Source: Planctomycetota bacterium (GTDB taxonomy: Bacteria > Planctomycetota > B15-G4 > JADJEK01). Taken from it: a DNA stretch of 64,000 nt. Position 1 is the first letter of the stretch; the number at the start of each line of letters is the position of its first letter. The position numbers were made by a program, and so were the translations under genes. Of the stretch, positions 61,078-64,000 are shown piece after piece. The notes under the pieces were generated by a model. The model had not been told where the DNA came from. It searched no databases and was given only the letters and a program-made list of their open reading frames with translations. The stretch covers positions 48,119-112,118 of the forward strand of contig JBGAIQ010000018.1 of assembly GCA_044225365.1 (NCBI GenBank), in the 5' to 3' direction.

Positions 61078-62118
61078 TCAGCGCAGGTCGTTCCTCGCGA
61101 TCTTGATCCGCCGCTCGGCCCGATCGATCGCGATGCCCTCGGGAGTCACTCCCGATCGTGCCGACTCCTCGAGGATCGATTCGACCCGCGCCCCGATTCG
61201 ACGAATCTCCTCGTCCGTGCCAGGATATCCGCGCAGCATGTTGAGCCCGCCGCGAATGACGGCCCCCGCATTCACGACGAAATCCGGCGCGTAGAGCACG
61301 TTCCTCTCGAGCAGGATCTCTCCGGCGCGGGGGGTACCGAGGATTCGATTGGCGCCTCCCACGATGGCACGCGCTGGCGTCGACGCCGCGACGTGTTCGT
61401 CGATCGCACCTCCGATCGCGCACGGCGCGAGGATGTCGACGTTGAGGCGCGCGATCTGTTCGGGCAGGACGGCCACGACGGAGCCGAGCGAATGAGCCCG
61501 CGCGACCGCGTGGGGATCGACATCGGCGATGAACGGGGTGACCTTGGCCTCGAGGAGCCGGCGCACGAGCGAAAGTCCGATCGCGCCGAGGCCCTGCACC
61601 GCAACGGTGGTGTCCGAGAATCTCTCGATCCCGAGCCGTCGGGCGACGACTTCCATCGCACTCATGATTCCGATCGCGGAAGCGTCGCCGAGGTCACCAA
61701 CCTGCTCCCGGTCCGCGATGTAGCGCGTTCGCTTGCCGATCCAACCGAGATCGAGTTCGGTCGCGCCGAGGTCACCGGCGGTGAGGAACGATCCGCGCAG
61801 CGATTCGACGAAGTCGCCGAGCACTTCGCATGCGCGCTTGCGATCCTTCAAGGTGTCGGCGCGGACGACGGCCTTGCCTCCACCGCCGCCGAGGTCCGCC
61901 AGCGTGCACTTCCACGCCATCTGTCGCGCGAGGCCGCAGGCGTCTTCGCGCGCGCCATCGTCACTTTCGTAGCCGCGGAAGCGGATGCCGCCGAGTGCGG
62001 GCCCACGCGTCGTGTCGTGGAGCACCACGAACGCGACGAGCCCGCTCGACTCGTCGTCGACGCGATACACGAGTTCGGGGGCCGAGAGGCCGTCGGCGGT
62101 GGGATCCGGAGTGCGCAT
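61078..62118 (-). CDS. Glu/Leu/Phe/Val dehydrogenase family protein
   Basis: GPALGGIR, MAWK, GGGKAV, VQGLGAIG, APCAIGG, GGAN, APDFVVNAG. Confidence 0.9.
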   Translation of the reverse strand: MRTPDPTADGLSAPELVYRVDDESSGLVAFVVLHDTTRGPALGGIRFRGYESDDGAREDACGLARQMAWKCTLADLGGGGGKAVVRADTLKDRKRACEVLGDFVESLRGSFLTAGDLGATELDLGWIGKRTRYIADREQVGDLGDASAIGIMSAMEVVARRLGIERFSDTTVAVQGLGAIGLSLVRRLLEAKVTPFIADVDPHAVARAHSLGSVVAVLPEQIARLNVDILAPCAIGGAIDEHVAASTPARAIVGGANRILGTPRAGEILLERNVLYAPDFVVNAGAVIRGGLNMLRGYPGTDEEIRRIGARVESILEESARSGVTPEGIAIDRAERRIKIARNDLR

Positions 62119-62274
62119 GGGAGGCGAGTCGCCGCGGTTCGGTCCTTGGATTTGGGTGCGTTCGCTTTCTGAAAAGCCCGGCCAAGTGTAGGGTTGCCGT
62201 GCTTCACGGCAAGAAAACCCGGGATCGTCCGTAGAACCGCGCCGTTTCGGGCGCAAAACTCCCGCAGGAAGACC

Positions 62275-63309
62275 ATGATCGTGATCCGCACCGTCGTTCC
62301 CTTCTGTCTCGTCGCATCGATCGTCGCCTGCTCGTCCGACAAGCCGAAGGACGGCAAGCCGATGTCGCCGGACGAGGTCGCGGCCCGTCAGAACGAGCGG
62401 GCCACGGAAGCACTCGACGTGCGAGGTCGCGCCGATCTCCTGAATCGGCTCGATTCCACGCTCCTCCAGTGGCATGCGGCGCAAGGATCGGCGCGATCGA
62501 CCGCCGATCTCGAGCTCGCGAAGAACCTCGCGGACGTCCTCCAAGCGACCGTATACAAGCACTGGCCGGACGTGCTCGACTTCCTGCTCCACGGCGACGA
62601 CTACCAGAAGACCGTGGCCGCCGCTGCGATCGGATTCGTCCGACCCGAACCCAAGACGGGCAACGTGGTGTATCAACCCGCCGCGGAGTCGACCGAGTAC
62701 AAGGCCGCGATCGAGCCGCTCGTCGACCTGCTGGCGAGCACGGACAAGAACCTCGTCCAGAATGCGCTGCTCGGGTTGTGGCGGCTCCGAGATCCGGAAA
62801 CGCCGCTCGGCCCGATCCTCAAGCTGCTGCAGACCGAGCCGGACCCCGATGTCCGCGCGAACGCCGCTCTCGCTCTCACCACGATCCTCACACCCGAACG
62901 CGCCGGGGACGCGATCGACGTCCTCCTCACCGCAACGGACGACGTCAACGCCAGGGTGCGCGTCCAGGCCGTCACCGCGCTCGGATCGCTGAAGCACCCG
63001 GCCTCGACCGGACGCCTCCTCAAGCTTCTCGACGATCCCTACATCCTGATCCAGGCCAACGCGGCGCGGGCGCTCGGTCAACTCGGCGAGAAGCGCAACG
63101 CCGGCGCGCTCGTCACGCATCTCGAACAGCTCAAGACCGACACTCCGAGCGGCAAGTTCCGCAAGCCGATGGACGTCGACAAGCGTCGCGAGCTGCTCCG
63201 CGCCTTCCTGATCGAAGCACTCGAGAAACTGTCGGGCGAAAACTTCGGCACGGAAACGGAGAAATGGCGCGCATGGTGGGACGAAGAGAGGAAGAAGCTC
63301 GAGTCGTGA
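62275..63309 (+). CDS. HEAT-repeat lipoprotein
   Basis: Lipobox IVA-C. HEAT repeats (VRANAALAL, VRVQAVTALG, IQANAARALG). C-terminal LSGENFG...WRAWW. Confidence 0.87.
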   Translation: MIVIRTVVPFCLVASIVACSSDKPKDGKPMSPDEVAARQNERATEALDVRGRADLLNRLDSTLLQWHAAQGSARSTADLELAKNLADVLQATVYKHWPDVLDFLLHGDDYQKTVAAAAIGFVRPEPKTGNVVYQPAAESTEYKAAIEPLVDLLASTDKNLVQNALLGLWRLRDPETPLGPILKLLQTEPDPDVRANAALALTTILTPERAGDAIDVLLTATDDVNARVRVQAVTALGSLKHPASTGRLLKLLDDPYILIQANAARALGQLGEKRNAGALVTHLEQLKTDTPSGKFRKPMDVDKRRELLRAFLIEALEKLSGENFGTETEKWRAWWDEERKKLES

Positions 63310-63851
63310 GTCAGCAGGATCGAGCGAAGTGGGACGCGAAACACGCTCGATCGGTCCTTGCTCCGCCGGCCGCGAAGCTGCTGAGTTGGCAGTCCGAGCT
63401 ACCCCGACGAGGTCGCGCCCTCGAACTCGCCTGTGGTCTCGGCGCCAATGCAACCTGGATCGCGGCGAACCTCGAGCTGCAGGTCGACGCGGTCGACATC
63501 AGCGCGGTTGCACTGCGCCGCCTCGCTGCGAGCGCGGGGCGCCTCCCCATCCAGCCCATCGTCGCGGATCTCGACGCGCTGCCTCTTCGCGATGCAGCGG
63601 CGTATCACCTCGTCGTCGTCACGAGCTTCCTGGACCGCGCACTGTTGCCCGCGCTCGAGGGTTTGCTCGCGCCCAGCGGGGTCTTGTTCTACGAGACCTT
63701 CAACGAGGGGTATCTGCTGGAGCATCCGGACTTCTCTCGCGCTCTCGTCCTCGAACGAGGCGAACTCGCGCGCTGCTTCGACGGCCTCGTCGTCGTGCAC
63801 AGCACCGAAGACGCGACTCGCTCCGCGATCCTGGCGCGAAAGCCCGCTTGA
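63306..63851 (+). CDS. Class I SAM-dependent methyltransferase (TehB-like)
   Basis: GTGA overlap with the upstream gene. DRAKWD...ALELACGLGAN...AVDIS...ADLD...LAPSGVLFYETF. Confidence 0.87.
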   Translation: MSQQDRAKWDAKHARSVLAPPAAKLLSWQSELPRRGRALELACGLGANATWIAANLELQVDAVDISAVALRRLAASAGRLPIQPIVADLDALPLRDAAAYHLVVVTSFLDRALLPALEGLLAPSGVLFYETFNEGYLLEHPDFSRALVLERGELARCFDGLVVVHSTEDATRSAILARKPA

Positions 63852-64000
63852 AGCTTCAACTCGGCATTCCGGCTCTCGGCCCGCGATCGCGACGCTAATC
63901 TGCTCCGTCGTTCCATGGCAGCCTGGTTCCCGCGGAGGGTTTCGATGCCGCGTTCGTTCACGTCGAGCAAAGCCGCCGTCTTCACCGAATCCGTCATCCG

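Noticed and set aside
63689-64000. Minus-strand ORF at the right window edge
   Set aside because: It may be the tail of a gene entering from outside the window, but the frame is ambiguous and it overlaps the methyltransferase. Not supportable.

Overview
High-GC (about two-thirds by eye) bacterial chromosomal segment with about 50 protein-coding genes. No rRNA, tRNA, CRISPR array, prophage or transposase is visible. The gene repertoire suggests Planctomycetota/PVC (inference): secreted proteins starting D-x-V-x-x-K-D-G-x-x-x-E-G, HEAT/TPR lipoproteins, and many ECF and sigma54 regulators. Housekeeping genes are prfB (partial, with its +1 frameshift site), split coaB/coaC, clpB, queG, ygiQ, acs, metF, pcrA/uvrD, acpS, radA, folC, aroB and dprA. 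Interleaved signalling and envelope modules are: a 1730-aa Ser/Thr kinase-TPR-GAF-sigma54 activator facing two secreted paralogues that look like inactive gluzincins; an ECF/anti-sigma/RseB-like lipoprotein operon with a sigmaE-type promoter; a second ECF with a soluble ZAS-TPR partner behind a hairpin-rich leader; a sigma54 activator reduced to its AAA+ domain; a probably exported caspase-like protease; and an O-antigen-ligase-TPR plus GT-C pair. Non-coding signals include a 4-unit ABAB REP/REPIN-like array and two sigma54-type promoter candidates (before clpB and before a 43-aa ORF absent from the ORF track). Many start codons were re-assigned by eye from RBS, stop/start coupling and family N-termini. 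All family calls rest on motif recognition, not on database searches.
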